Part shown: positions 28,108 through 38,234 of the stretch, piece by piece
Layout: each line of letters begins with the position of its first letter
Position numbering within the stretch: position 1 is the first letter of the stretch
Assembly (NCBI GenBank): GCA_963799485.1
Contig: CAWCXJ010000005.1
Span: forward strand, 32,001-96,000
Origin: an uncultured Trueperaceae bacterium
GTDB taxonomy: Bacteria; Deinococcota; Deinococci; Deinococcales; Trueperaceae
Length of the DNA: 64,000 bases
Direction of reading: 5' to 3'
Notes under the pieces: generated by a model
Seen by the model: the letters and a program-made list of their open reading frames with translations, nothing else
What the model was told of the DNA's origin: nothing
Database searches by the model: none
Translations under genes and position numbers: made by a program

Positions 28108-30012
28108 ATGCCGCACGACACCGACGATCCAGCTCACTTGAAAACACCCAGAGGCCGTTATCTTTACCTCCTCGCACTCGGCGCGCTAGGCGTCGTTTAC
28201 GGCGACATCGGGACGAGCCCGCTTTACGCCTTTCGCGAGTCGCTCGGTGAGAACTACGGGCTGTTGCCGACCCCCGGCAACGTTTTGGGTATCTTGTCGC
28301 TGATCTTCTGGGCGCTGATTATCGTTATCACCATCAAATACATCAGTTTCGTCACCCGCGCCGACAACCACGGTGAGGGGGGTATTCTGGCCCTGACCTC
28401 GCTGGTAACACCCCTTCAGGTCAAACGCGGCGGCGGTCGCTGGCTGCTGGTGATCCTCGGACTATTCGGCGCGTCCTTACTTTACGGTGACGGGATGATC
28501 ACCCCGGCGATCTCGGTCTTGAGCGCCGTTGAAGGGCTGAGCGTCGCGACGCCGCTCTTCGACCCGTATATCATCCCCATCACCATCGTAATTCTCGTAC
28601 TCCTCTTTTTGACCCAGCGCTTCGGTACGGGCAGCGTCGGTCGGGTGTTCGGTCCCGTGATGATCTTGTGGTTTTCGACGCTCGCGGTTTTGGGTCTCGT
28701 CCAGATCGTACAGCGGCCCGACGTGCTGGTCGCTGTCAGCCCGCTGTACGGCCTCCGCTTCTTTCTGCAAAACGGGGCGCTGGGTTTTTTCGTACTCGGT
28801 TCGGTTTTTCTGGTCGTGACCGGCGGCGAGGCGCTCTATACCGATATGGGTCACTTCGGCAAACGCCCTATCCGTTTGGCTTGGCTCGTACTGGTGCTGC
28901 CTGCGCTGCTACTTAACTACTTCGGTCAGGGAGCGCTGATCTTGGCCGACCCTGACGCCGCCCATAACCCTTTTTACCGGATGGTGCCTGAGTGGGGACT
29001 TTATCCGGTCGTGATTCTTGCAACGATGGCGACGGTGATCGCTTCGCAAGCACTTATTTCGGGGGCTTTTTCACTGACGATGCAGGCGGTGCAACTCGGC
29101 TATATTCCGCGCCTGGAAATCCAGCACACCTCCTCACGCGAGTTCGGTCAGGTCTATATCCCCGCCATCAACTGGGTGCTGATGATTGCGTGTATCGGCC
29201 TCGTCCTGGGGTTTCGCTCGTCGTCGAACTTGGCAGCGGCTTACGGTGTCGGCGTCTCAACCGATATGGTGATCACGACGATCCTCTTTTTCGTCGTCGC
29301 CCACGAACGGTGGCGTTGGAAGCTTCTGGGTGCCGGGCTACTCGCAGGACTTCTCCTTATCGTCGACCTGTCTTTTTTCGGTGCGAACATTCTCAAAGTG
29401 CCGCAAGGGGGCTGGTTCCCGCTCGTTATCGCCGTCATTGTCTTTACGCTCCTGACGACCTGGAAGCGTGGCCGCCTGATCCTCTCGGAGCGTCTCGACG
29501 AACGCGTCGAACCGTTAAGTCAATTTTTGGGCGAGATCACCGAACATCCGCCCAACCGTGTACCGGGTACGGCAATTTTTATGTTCCGCTCGCCGGTTCA
29601 TACGCCCTATTCGCTCGCCCAGAACCTCAAAACCAACAAGGTGCTGCACGAACGGGTGATTTTGCTTTCGGTCGAGACCGAAGAGAAGCCGCGCGTCAAA
29701 CGTTCGCAGCGCGTCACGTTGACACCTTTGGGGAACGAGTTTTATCAGGTGGTGATGCATTTCGGTTTTATGGAGCAGCCCAACGTCCCGCGGGTGCTTC
29801 GGAGCGTGTGGCCCAACGGGGCCGAGATCGCGCTTTCGGACGTGACGTATTTCGTCGGGCGAGAGACGGTCTTTGCCACCAAACGTCCGGGGATGGCGCT
29901 CTGGCGCGAGCAGCTTTTTGCGGTGATGTCGCGTAACGCGCTCTCCGCCTCGTCGTTTTATCACTTGCCCCCCGGGCAAGTCGTCGAGCTTGGCGCACAA
30001 GTCGAACTTTAA
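28108..30012 (+). CDS. kup: Potassium uptake transporter Kup
   Basis: GVVYGDIGTSPLY, RADNHGEGG, GDGMITPAISVLSAVEG, TGGEALY.DMGHFG, GQVYIP, QVVELG. Confidence 0.96.
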   Translation: MPHDTDDPAHLKTPRGRYLYLLALGALGVVYGDIGTSPLYAFRESLGENYGLLPTPGNVLGILSLIFWALIIVITIKYISFVTRADNHGEGGILALTSLVTPLQVKRGGGRWLLVILGLFGASLLYGDGMITPAISVLSAVEGLSVATPLFDPYIIPITIVILVLLFLTQRFGTGSVGRVFGPVMILWFSTLAVLGLVQIVQRPDVLVAVSPLYGLRFFLQNGALGFFVLGSVFLVVTGGEALYTDMGHFGKRPIRLAWLVLVLPALLLNYFGQGALILADPDAAHNPFYRMVPEWGLYPVVILATMATVIASQALISGAFSLTMQAVQLGYIPRLEIQHTSSREFGQVYIPAINWVLMIACIGLVLGFRSSSNLAAAYGVGVSTDMVITTILFFVVAHERWRWKLLGAGLLAGLLLIVDLSFFGANILKVPQGGWFPLVIAVIVFTLLTTWKRGRLILSERLDERVEPLSQFLGEITEHPPNRVPGTAIFMFRSPVHTPYSLAQNLKTNKVLHERVILLSVETEEKPRVKRSQRVTLTPLGNEFYQVVMHFGFMEQPNVPRVLRSVWPNGAEIALSDVTYFVGRETVFATKRPGMALWREQLFAVMSRNALSASSFYHLPPGQVVELGAQVEL

Positions 30013-30189
30013 GCGCGCAGCTGCTTAGCCACGCGCTTTGTTTCCTTGCCAGAGCGTCTTAAGCAGGGCGCTGCTGCACATCAGGTTGTGCAGTCACGCC
30101 GGTACCGCATCGACGCGCTTCGATGCGAAGATGCGACCTCTGGCTAAAGGCTCTTCCTCGGTTCGGTTCTAAACCGATCATGATTCGTA

Positions 30190-32158
30190 TCAGTTGATCA
30201 GCGCGCTTTTACGTTCGGTTTTGAGCAGGCTGTTTCGGTTGAGCGGCAAGAGTTCCCGAACCTCGCTTTCGGGCAGGGGACGGGCAAAAAAGTAGCCCTG
30301 CGCCAGGTGACAGCCAAGCTGTTTGAGCATGCGGGCAGTCTCTTCGTTTTCGACGCCTTCGGCGACTATCTCGAGGTCTAAAGTTTCAGCCACCGACGTG
30401 ATAGCCCGGACCAGCGCTACGGCGTAGTGCGGCGCAAGGCGGGGCTCTGCGAGGTCTTTGACGAACGAGCGGTCGATCTTGATGGTGTCGAGCGGCAAGT
30501 CTCTAAGGTAGCCCAAAGACGAGTAGCCGGTACCGAAATCGTCGATGGCGATGCGTACTCCTAGTTCCTGAAGCTGATGAAGGACGCCGACAACCTCCTC
30601 GGTGTTATGCAGCACGGTACGTTCGGTGATTTCAAGCTCGAGGTCGCTTCCCGATAAACCGTTGGCGCGCAAAATACCGGCAACCTCGGCAAAAAAACCA
30701 GCCTGCGCGAACTGCACCGGCGAGATATTGACGCTCATAACGACCGGCGCAAACCCGGCCCGTCGCCATGCGGCGAGCGTTTGACAGGCACTTGCCAGAA
30801 CCCAGCGCCCGAGCGCGACGATCTGCCCCGATTCTTCAGCCAGGGGGATAAAAACGTCCGGTGAAACCCCGCCCCTCAGCGGCTGGTGCCAGCGTAAAAG
30901 CGCCTCGACCCTGACGAGCTGCCCACTTTGCAGGCTGTAAAGTGGCTGGTATACGAGGTCGAATTCACTGCGCTCAAGCGCACCCTCCAACTCTTTCGCG
31001 AGGGCGCGCAGGCGTTCGGTATCGGCGTCTTTGGGGGAGAAGCGGCGGAGGCCGTCACGTCCGGCGGCCTTGGCGCGGTACATCGCGCTGTCGGCGTGCC
31101 GTAAAAGCGTTCTGGCGTCGTCGCCGTCTTGCGGGTAGAGACAAAAACCGACACTGGCGGTGAGATGTACGTTCTGCCCGGCAAGCTCGAAGGGTGGCTG
31201 AAAGGTGCCGCGCAGCTTTTGTGCGGTCTTCGAGCGCCGCTTGCTCAGCTTGCACCCCGTGCGCGAGCAAGACGAACTCGTCGCCGCTCACGCGCGCCAG
31301 GGTGTCTTGAGGCCTAACGGCGCGGCCTAAACGTTCGGCAACCCCGATCAGTAGTTCGTCGCCCGCAGCGTGTCCCTGGGTATCGTTGATCCGCTTGAAG
31401 CGGTCGAGGTCGATGAATATCACGGCGAACGGCTTTTTGGCGCGTAGTGCGCGTTTGAGGGCCGTCTCGAGGCTTAAACGGTTCGGTAAACCCGTCAGCG
31501 TGTCGGTGTGAGCCAGCTGCTCCATCGCTGCGCCGTGATCTTGTACCTGGGCAAAACGCGACTGAAAAAGGGCGAACGAACGCGTCAGCAAGATCATCAC
31601 GACGTTGGCGAGGTTAAACTGCGTGAGGGCGTAAAAGACTTTGAGTTCGACCGGCCCGGCAGGTTGTGTCAACACGTAAAGCGCGCTTAGAGCGGGCGTC
31701 AGCACTCCGAACAAAATGACGCCGAAACGTCCCCAGCGGACGCCGGGAATCCAAAAAGCGGCGATGTAAACGATAGGCGTCCAGAAAAAAGACTCGGTCA
31801 ATTCTCCCAGCAGGTCGCTGCTCGGGGGGGCCAAAAAGAGCACGAAGACGAACTTGGCGAGCAAAAAGATGCTGACACAGCTTATCAGCAGCGCCACCAG
31901 CGCGCTGAGGCGGTTGGGATAAAAGAGCAGCAAGAGCTCGAAGCCGGTGAGCGCTGCGATGCTCAAACTATACGCCACGAGGTCGAACAAGCTGGCCTGA
32001 CCCAGCAGTTCGAACACGATGCCGAGGGCGAAGGCGAGTGCGGTAAAAGGAACGGCCAGGAGCAGGGTGCGCCGCCAACCCGGGTGAAGTACAGGGTCGC
32101 GTTTGGCGTGGACATTTTGGTCTTGCCGGAAGCGGGATAACCACGCGGGTAAAGCCAT
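30190..32158 (-). CDS. Membrane-bound GGDEF-EAL diguanylate cyclase/phosphodiesterase, frameshifted near 31230
   Basis: N-terminal TMs, DTLTGLPNR, FIDLDRFKRINDT.GH, SGDEF; second frame TASVG..YP.DG...ADSAMY, YQP, EALLRW, ELEITE, DDFGTGYSSL, AEGVE, QGYFF. Confidence 0.88.
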
Positions 32159-32164
32159 ACTTTC

Positions 32165-32197
32165 AGGATAGACGCGCGTTGTCACAAACTTCTTACA
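32165..32197 (-). promoter_or_regulatory. Direct-repeat box TGTAAGAAGTTTGTGACAA plus -10 TATCCT (leaderless)
   Basis: Same motif as upstream of the pilin and comZ-like genes; the -10 begins 27 nt after the box start. Confidence 0.5.
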
Positions 32198-32454
32198 AAT
32201 GGGTTTCGGGGATGGTCGCACGAGAAAAACACCGGCGGCGTCGTGCTCGAGCCTGGCTGTAGCTCTGCAAAATGGGCGGTTTTGAACGCTTATATGTCGG
32301 ACATAGTGCGCTTCTCAGGGCTTGAAACCGTTCAAGCAACTAAAAGACGTGCGTGCGCTTCTCAAGCAGGTTGTGCTGATTCCAACGACCACCCCGAGGA
32401 CGCCGACGGTTCCCAAAACCGAGTTAAACTGTCAACCGAACCTTAGGAGCCTTT

Positions 32455-33228
32455 ATGCTTAGATTTGCAACCTCGTCGTGGAGTTTGGACGGTCTTTTGA
32501 GCGCGGGTTTGCCGCTTTTGGAGTTGCCTTCAGAGCTTCACAAGCACGGCATCGGGACGCTCGAGCTGTGTCACTTTCATCTGCCTTCGACCGAACCCGA
32601 CTACCTGGCGGCGCTCCGCTCGCGTCTGGAAGCCGCCGATATAGAGCTGTTTAGCGTCCTGATCGACGCGGGCGACGTGGCTGCGCCCGACCCGGCGGTG
32701 CTGGCAGCGGGTCTCGAGCTTATCCGCCGCTACATCCGCGCCGCCGCCGCCTTGGGCGCAGAACGTGTGCGGATTTCCGCCGGGCAGCAGCCCGCGACGC
32801 CGCAAACATTGGCGCAGAGTGCGGCGCAGCTGACGGGTCTGATGACCTACGCTGCCGCCGCCGGGATTGCGGTCGGCACCGAAAACTGGCAGCTTACCGC
32901 CCAACACCCTGAAGCCGTGCTGCACCTGCTGGACGCTTGCCCGGAAGGTTTAGGGCTTTGCGTCGATACCGGCAACGCCGAAGCTGCGACGAACAACTTG
33001 GCAGACAAATACGACACGCTGGCCCAACTCTTGCCGCGCGCGACCTCGGTGCATTTCAAGGCGCACACCACCCCGGCAGGACTCGACCTTGAAGACGCCG
33101 GGCGCTGCCTCGAGCTGCTTTGCGCCGCGTCGTTTACAGGGCCGCTGAGCCTCATCTACGACCGCAAACACAGTGAGTGGGAGGGGCTGGGAACGTTGCA
33201 AGCTGCGCTGCAAAGGCTCTTTGTGTGA
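32455..33228 (+). CDS. Sugar phosphate isomerase/epimerase (TIM barrel)
   Basis: LELCHFH, ALGAERVRI, GTENW, CVDTGN, SVHFK. Confidence 0.8.
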   Translation: MLRFATSSWSLDGLLSAGLPLLELPSELHKHGIGTLELCHFHLPSTEPDYLAALRSRLEAADIELFSVLIDAGDVAAPDPAVLAAGLELIRRYIRAAAALGAERVRISAGQQPATPQTLAQSAAQLTGLMTYAAAAGIAVGTENWQLTAQHPEAVLHLLDACPEGLGLCVDTGNAEAATNNLADKYDTLAQLLPRATSVHFKAHTTPAGLDLEDAGRCLELLCAASFTGPLSLIYDRKHSEWEGLGTLQAALQRLFV

Positions 33229-33286
33229 AGCCTAAAAACCGTGCCAGCCGGCTATTTTTTCGGTTGTTCCGGGGTAGCCTTGGAGT

Positions 33287-33748
33287 ATGTCAAACCTTCC
33301 CACACAAGCTTTCGTTCTCGGCGTCGCTTCTGGAATGCGCGCGAGCTTCGGTCTCGCCCTCGTCTCGCACCGGCTTAGTCAACACGCAAACCCCAAACTG
33401 GGCCGCCTGAACTTTATGCGCTCACCTAAAACGGCAACATTTTTCAAAATCGCTGCTGCTGGTGAGTTTATCGGTGACAAACTGCCCCAAACGCCCGCTC
33501 GTACTCAGCCGGGGGCGCTGGTCGGGCGGGCGCTGTCGGGGGCGCTTTGCGGCGCGGCACTAGGTCGTTCAGCCGGTCGGGGCGCGCGTTCCGGCGCAGC
33601 TGTCGGGGCACTCGGCGCGGTGGTCGGTGGCTACGCATTTTATTATCTGCGCCGCTACCTGACCCATGAACAGGGTTTGCCCGACTTGCCGGTTGCGCTA
33701 GCTGAAGATGCGCTCGCGCTCGGGGGCGGCGTGGCGGTGCTCGAGTAG
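33287..33748 (+). CDS. DUF4126-like membrane protein
   Basis: GVASGMR, GEFIGDKLPQTPAR, VALAEDALA. Confidence 0.7.
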   Translation: MSNLPTQAFVLGVASGMRASFGLALVSHRLSQHANPKLGRLNFMRSPKTATFFKIAAAGEFIGDKLPQTPARTQPGALVGRALSGALCGAALGRSAGRGARSGAAVGALGAVVGGYAFYYLRRYLTHEQGLPDLPVALAEDALALGGGVAVLE

Positions 33749-33778
33749 CGTTTGGAGCTAGGACGGTAAGCTGTTTCT

Positions 33779-34399
33779 ATGGACGTTTCTACCCTCTCTT
33801 TCGGTGCGCGCGGCCTTATCCCGGTCGTCACCCAAGACGCCGCTACCGGGCAGGTCTTGATGCTGGCCTACGCCAACCAAGCAGCCGTTGACAAAACCCT
33901 CGAGACCCGCGAAGCCCACTACTACAGCCGCTCACGGGGCGAGCTCTGGCACAAGGGCGCGACGAGCGGACACATCCAAAATATCGTCGAAATCCGTTAC
34001 GACTGCGACGAAGACGCGCTGCTCTACCGCGTCACGCAGACCGGCGCGGCGTGTCACACGGGCGAGTACAGCTGTTTTTACCGCAGTTTGAGCGAGCCCA
34101 CACCGCCCGGTATCGGGGAGATGATGGGCACCTTGGAGCGCGTCGTCGAAGCGCGTTTACGTGAGCTACCCGCAGGCTCATACGTCGCTAAACTACACGA
34201 ACGGGGTCTCGGGTACGTGGCGCAAAAGGTCGTCGAGGAGGCGGGGGAGAGCATCGTCGCGGCTTTGGAGCATAAACCCGATGAACTCGTCGGTGAGGCT
34301 GCCGACCTGCTCTTTCACCTGACGGTCTTGCTCAACGAGAGCGGCGTGAGTTTGCAGGCGGTGGCGGCGAAACTCTCGGAGCGGCACCAGGGCAAATGA
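33779..34399 (+). CDS. hisIE: Bifunctional phosphoribosyl-AMP cyclohydrolase/phosphoribosyl-ATP diphosphatase
   Basis: [54 protein letters not shown]. Confidence 0.96.
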   Translation: MDVSTLSFGARGLIPVVTQDAATGQVLMLAYANQAAVDKTLETREAHYYSRSRGELWHKGATSGHIQNIVEIRYDCDEDALLYRVTQTGAACHTGEYSCFYRSLSEPTPPGIGEMMGTLERVVEARLRELPAGSYVAKLHERGLGYVAQKVVEEAGESIVAALEHKPDELVGEAADLLFHLTVLLNESGVSLQAVAAKLSERHQGK

Positions 34400-34452
34400 G
34401 GGTAGCCGAACCGCCAGGACATAACCGCCAGGACATATGCCCTTGACCCCTC

Positions 34453-35115
34453 ATGTCAGACTTCAGGGTAGTGACCCGGACCCAGCGCCTTACCCTGATT
34501 ACTGCCGTTGTCGTCATCGCCGTTACACTCGGTGCGTTTTTGTACCTGAGCCTCAGGCCGGGGCCGAATTTGAGTGTGCAAGATAGCGGTTACGAAGGCC
34601 AACCGACACTCGGCAACGCCCGTGCGCCCGTAAAACTCATCTTGTTCGAAAACTTTCTCTGTGAACGCTGCCAACTGTTTGAGACCGAGGTGTTCGGGCT
34701 ACTAAAACGCGACTATATCGACACCGGCAAAGTCGAGGTGTATTACGTCAACCTGGCGTGGGGCGACGAGACGGCGGTGACGGCGGGCCGGGCCGGAGAG
34801 TGCGCCTTTAGGCAAGACGAGACGGCTTTCTGGGCGTACAAAGATGCTCTTTTTGCGGCGCAAGGGACAGACGGTTGGGCCACGCTCGAGAAGGTAGTAG
34901 AGGTCGCCGAAGGGATTGAGGGGCTCGAGCCCTCTACCTTTAGAACCTGCATCACCGAGGGTCGGACCCAGGCCGAAGTCACGCGCGACCTGACCCTAGC
35001 CGACTACGTGGGCGTAACCGGTACACCGTCGGTCATTATCGGCAGTCAGGGCTTTGAAGCGCCGAGCTACGACGACCTGAAAGCCCAGCTCGACGCACAG
35101 CTAGCCTCTAGATAA
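34453..35115 (+). CDS. DsbA-family thioredoxin-fold protein
   Basis: N-terminal TM, GNARAPV, CERC (CxxC), GVTGTPS. Confidence 0.85.
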   Translation: MSDFRVVTRTQRLTLITAVVVIAVTLGAFLYLSLRPGPNLSVQDSGYEGQPTLGNARAPVKLILFENFLCERCQLFETEVFGLLKRDYIDTGKVEVYYVNLAWGDETAVTAGRAGECAFRQDETAFWAYKDALFAAQGTDGWATLEKVVEVAEGIEGLEPSTFRTCITEGRTQAEVTRDLTLADYVGVTGTPSVIIGSQGFEAPSYDDLKAQLDAQLASR

Positions 35116-35119
35116 TCCG

Positions 35120-36010
35120 TCAAGGCGTCTGCGTTTGAGATTGACGTGTTTGGGCCTGTCCTAGAAAGTAACGATAGGTCTGGTTTTGCGGCGCTAACTG
35201 ACTGGCCCGCCGGTACGCGGTTTCTGCCGCCGTAAAGTTCTTTGCTTCAAACGCCAAACGTCCTAAATACCCCCACGCAGCGGCGTAATCGGGGTTCAGC
35301 GCGGTGGCCCTGGAAAACTTGCGTTCGGCGGCCCCGAGGCGGCCCGCTTCGTAATCGCTGACGCCGCCGTAAAAAGCCTTGGCTGCGCCTAAACCGTATT
35401 CGACGCCTGCACGTGAAAGCTCGAGAAAATACGCCGCGCCTGCGTTGCCGGGTTGCAACTGCTGTACGCGTTGCCAGTAGGGGAGAGCGGCTTCGGGACG
35501 GTCTTGCTCGAGCAAAATTCGCCCCGCCCAGCGCTGCGCCCGCACGCTGCCGGGGACGAGCCGGGTGACGGTGCGGTAGGCTCTAAGCGCCCCGCCGAGG
35601 TCGTTCTGGGTGTAACGGGCGTAGCCGACTTGGGTACCGCTTTGGGCAATCTGGACGCGGGCAGCCGCGTCCAGGGGGCCGCCCGCGTCTGCAAACCTCT
35701 GCCAGATGGCAAACGCCGGGCCGTAAAACCCGGTGACGCCGTACACTTCTGCTAAAAACCGGAGCGCTTCGGGGTTTTCCGGGGCAAGCTTGACCGCCTT
35801 GCGGCCTAACCGGATGGCCTGACGAAAGAGCGGTTGGTCGGGGCGGTAATCGCCGTAAACGTCTAACGCTTCTCTGGCAACGCCCCGCGCTTCGCTCAGC
35901 ACGGCCTGCGCTTCTTGCGGGAGTGGATTTTCCAGTGAAGTGATCTGCGCTGTTACGGGCGCGCTTAAAACAAGCGTGCATAGAGTTGCCAAAACCCACT
36001 TAAATGTCAT
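35120..36010 (-). CDS. Secreted tetratricopeptide repeat protein
   Basis: Signal peptide; TPR-like units (AVKLAPENPEA, ATALNPDYAAAW, ASQLAPQN). Confidence 0.8.
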   Translation of the reverse strand: MTFKWVLATLCTLVLSAPVTAQITSLENPLPQEAQAVLSEARGVAREALDVYGDYRPDQPLFRQAIRLGRKAVKLAPENPEALRFLAEVYGVTGFYGPAFAIWQRFADAGGPLDAAARVQIAQSGTQVGYARYTQNDLGGALRAYRTVTRLVPGSVRAQRWAGRILLEQDRPEAALPYWQRVQQLQPGNAGAAYFLELSRAGVEYGLGAAKAFYGGVSDYEAGRLGAAERKFSRATALNPDYAAAWGYLGRLAFEAKNFTAAETAYRRASQLAPQNQTYRYFLGQAQTRQSQTQTP

Positions 36011-36029
36011 CTGCTTCTCCTTATTCTGG

Positions 36030-36632
36030 TCAAATTGCGCGTTTTTTGAACCAGTCTGAAAATTTTTGCAACGCGCGGGCGCGGTGGCTGACGGCGGCTT
36101 TGGCGTCGTCGCCTGCTTCACCGAAGGTCTGCTGCAAGTCGGTGCTGTAAAAAACCGGGTCGTAGCCGTGCCCGTTGCTGCCCCTTGCTACCCTGGTGAC
36201 ATGCCCGTCACAGCGGCCCTCGAAGGTCTCGGCGTCCCCTTCCGGGGTAACGAAACCCAAGACGCAGACGAACTGCGCGGTGCGGGCGGCTTCGGGGGTG
36301 GCCTCGAGCCGCGCCAGCAGATGCGCGGTGCGCGCCTCGTCCGCCCCAAAGCCCCCGAAACGCGCCGAGTAGAGGCCCGGTGCGCCGCCTAAAGCTTTGA
36401 CCTCGAGTCCTGAATCGTCGCCCAAGCTCGGCAGGCCCGTCGCCTGCATCACAAACGACGCTTTGGTCAGCGCGTTCGCGGCGTAGTTGCTGCCCGTTTC
36501 TTCGGGAAACGCCCCGACGCCCAAGTCACGCGCTGAAACGACCTCCAAGCTGCTGCTTGAAAGCGCCCGCCGAAACTCACGCACCTTGCCTTCGTTCAGG
36601 GTAGCCAGCACAATTGTCACAGGTTTTGTCAC
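36030..36632 (-). CDS. rdgB: Non-canonical purine NTP pyrophosphatase (RdgB/HAM1)
   Basis: LAT.N.GKVRE, EETG...NA..KA, DDSGLEV.ALGGAPGLYSAR, GYDPVF, SHRARA. Confidence 0.95.
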   Translation of the reverse strand: MTKPVTIVLATLNEGKVREFRRALSSSSLEVVSARDLGVGAFPEETGSNYAANALTKASFVMQATGLPSLGDDSGLEVKALGGAPGLYSARFGGFGADEARTAHLLARLEATPEAARTAQFVCVLGFVTPEGDAETFEGRCDGHVTRVARGSNGHGYDPVFYSTDLQQTFGEAGDDAKAAVSHRARALQKFSDWFKKRAI

Positions 36633-37336
36633 AGCGAGCCGCGCACCGTTTCCAAAACTTGCTGCACCGCGCCGATACCCTGCGCCACGAGCTGCACATA
36701 CGTCTCGGCGGGGACGGGTTTGCCCTCCGCGCCGCCCTGCACTTCGATGATGTCGCCGGCGGCGGTCGCCACGACGTTGAGGTCCAACTCGGCTTCGGAA
36801 TCCTCGCTGAACTCCAAATCAACCAGAACTTGGCCTTTGACGAGCCCGACACTGACGGCGGCCAACTCGTGCGTCAGCGGCCATTCGTCGAGCGTGCCGG
36901 CCTTGACGAGTTTGTCGGCGGCGTGGTGCAGCGCGGCGTAACCTGCCAAAATCCCGGCGCACCGGGTGCCGCCGTCGGCTTGCAACACGTCTACGTCAAT
37001 GAGGAGCGTTTTGCCGACAAAGAGCGACAGGTCAACGGTGCCGCGCAGACTCCGCCCGATCAGCCGCTGAATCTCTAATGACCGTCCGCCCGAGTAGAGG
37101 CGTTCGCGTTGTACCCGTTCGGGCGTGCTGCGCGGGAGCATCGCGTATTCCGCCGTGAGCCAGCCTTCACGAACTTTTTTGTTGCGCAGATGCGGCGGCA
37201 GTTTGTTCTCTACCGTGACGGTCGCCAGCACGTGTGTGTCGCCCCATTTGACGAGCGCGGAGCCTTCGGCGAAGCGGTTGAAACCGGGCGTGACGGTAAT
37301 CGGGCGGAGGTCGTTAGGGTTTCGGTCTTGTCTCAT
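36629..37336 (-). CDS. rph: Ribonuclease PH
   Basis: AEGSALV, GWLTAEYAMLPRST, GRSLEIQRLIGRSLR, DVLQADGGTR, IEVQG.AE. Confidence 0.96.
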   Translation of the reverse strand: MRQDRNPNDLRPITVTPGFNRFAEGSALVKWGDTHVLATVTVENKLPPHLRNKKVREGWLTAEYAMLPRSTPERVQRERLYSGGRSLEIQRLIGRSLRGTVDLSLFVGKTLLIDVDVLQADGGTRCAGILAGYAALHHAADKLVKAGTLDEWPLTHELAAVSVGLVKGQVLVDLEFSEDSEAELDLNVVATAAGDIIEVQGGAEGKPVPAETYVQLVAQGIGAVQQVLETVRGSL

Positions 37337-37343
37337 AGGTGGC

Positions 37344-38162
37344 TCACAAGGAACTTTCTAAAGTTTTGGGCTCGAGGCTTGTGCGGCTCATCGGGCCGTC
37401 CGGCCCACCCAGCAACCGGGCCGTATGACGATAACTCGGCAGGTCGCCAGTGACAAAATGTTTTACGGTGCCGCTGCCCGGTCGGGGTGTGTTCAGGCCG
37501 AGCCGGGTGAGGTCGGCGGCGACGTTTACGGCGGTCGCTTCAGCGGAATCGACCAGCACCGCGCCGCTCAAAACCTCGTACAAGATGGGTTTGAGCGCCG
37601 GGTAGTGGGTACAGCCTAAAATGACGGCGTCTAAGGGCGGGGCGTCGGCGAGATAGTGCGCTGCCACAAGCCGGGCAATTTTTGTGTCCGACACGCCCTC
37701 CTCGACAATCGGTACAAACAGCGGGCAGGGCTGAGCCCAGACGGTGCAACCGCCCGCTGCCAAACCCCGCTGATACGCCCCCGTGTGGAGCGTACCGACG
37801 GTGCCTAAAACACCGACGCGCCCACCCGGGGCGGCGCGTAAGGCGGCCTCTACGCCGGGTTCGATCACGCCCCAGACGGGGACGGGCAGCAGCGCTGCCA
37901 GGGCCGGCAGGCTCGCTGCCGAGGCGGTGTTACACGCGACGACGATACCTTTGACGCCGTAAGAGACCAGGTAACGGCCGATCTCGAGCGCAAACTCACG
38001 CACCATCTCCAGAGGTTTTGAACCGTACGGAACGCGCGCGGTGTCGCCCAGATAGACGAAGTCCTCGGCAGGCAGCTGTTTTTTGAGTGCGGAGAGAACC
38101 GTCAAGCCGCCGACACCGGAATCGAAGACGCCTAAGGGGGCCGAGTCGAGGGAAAACGCCAT
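37344..38162 (-). CDS. murI: Glutamate racemase
   Basis: GVFDSGVGGLTV, GDTARVPYG, VVACNTAS, ILGCTHYP. Confidence 0.96.
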   Translation of the reverse strand: MAFSLDSAPLGVFDSGVGGLTVLSALKKQLPAEDFVYLGDTARVPYGSKPLEMVREFALEIGRYLVSYGVKGIVVACNTASAASLPALAALLPVPVWGVIEPGVEAALRAAPGGRVGVLGTVGTLHTGAYQRGLAAGGCTVWAQPCPLFVPIVEEGVSDTKIARLVAAHYLADAPPLDAVILGCTHYPALKPILYEVLSGAVLVDSAEATAVNVAADLTRLGLNTPRPGSGTVKHFVTGDLPSYRHTARLLGGPDGPMSRTSLEPKTLESSL

Positions 38163-38234
38163 GGGGAAGAGTTTAACACCGCAGCCGAGAGTTTTTACGG
38201 TACAGTGCGCTCTTTTGACGGCCAACCTAGGTAG

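Noticed and set aside
28992..29936. 314-aa alternative-frame ORF inside kup, and the many other overlapping or antisense ORFs in the track
   Set aside because: Arg/Pro-rich shadow ORFs expected in high-GC DNA; they overlap well-supported genes and show no motifs.
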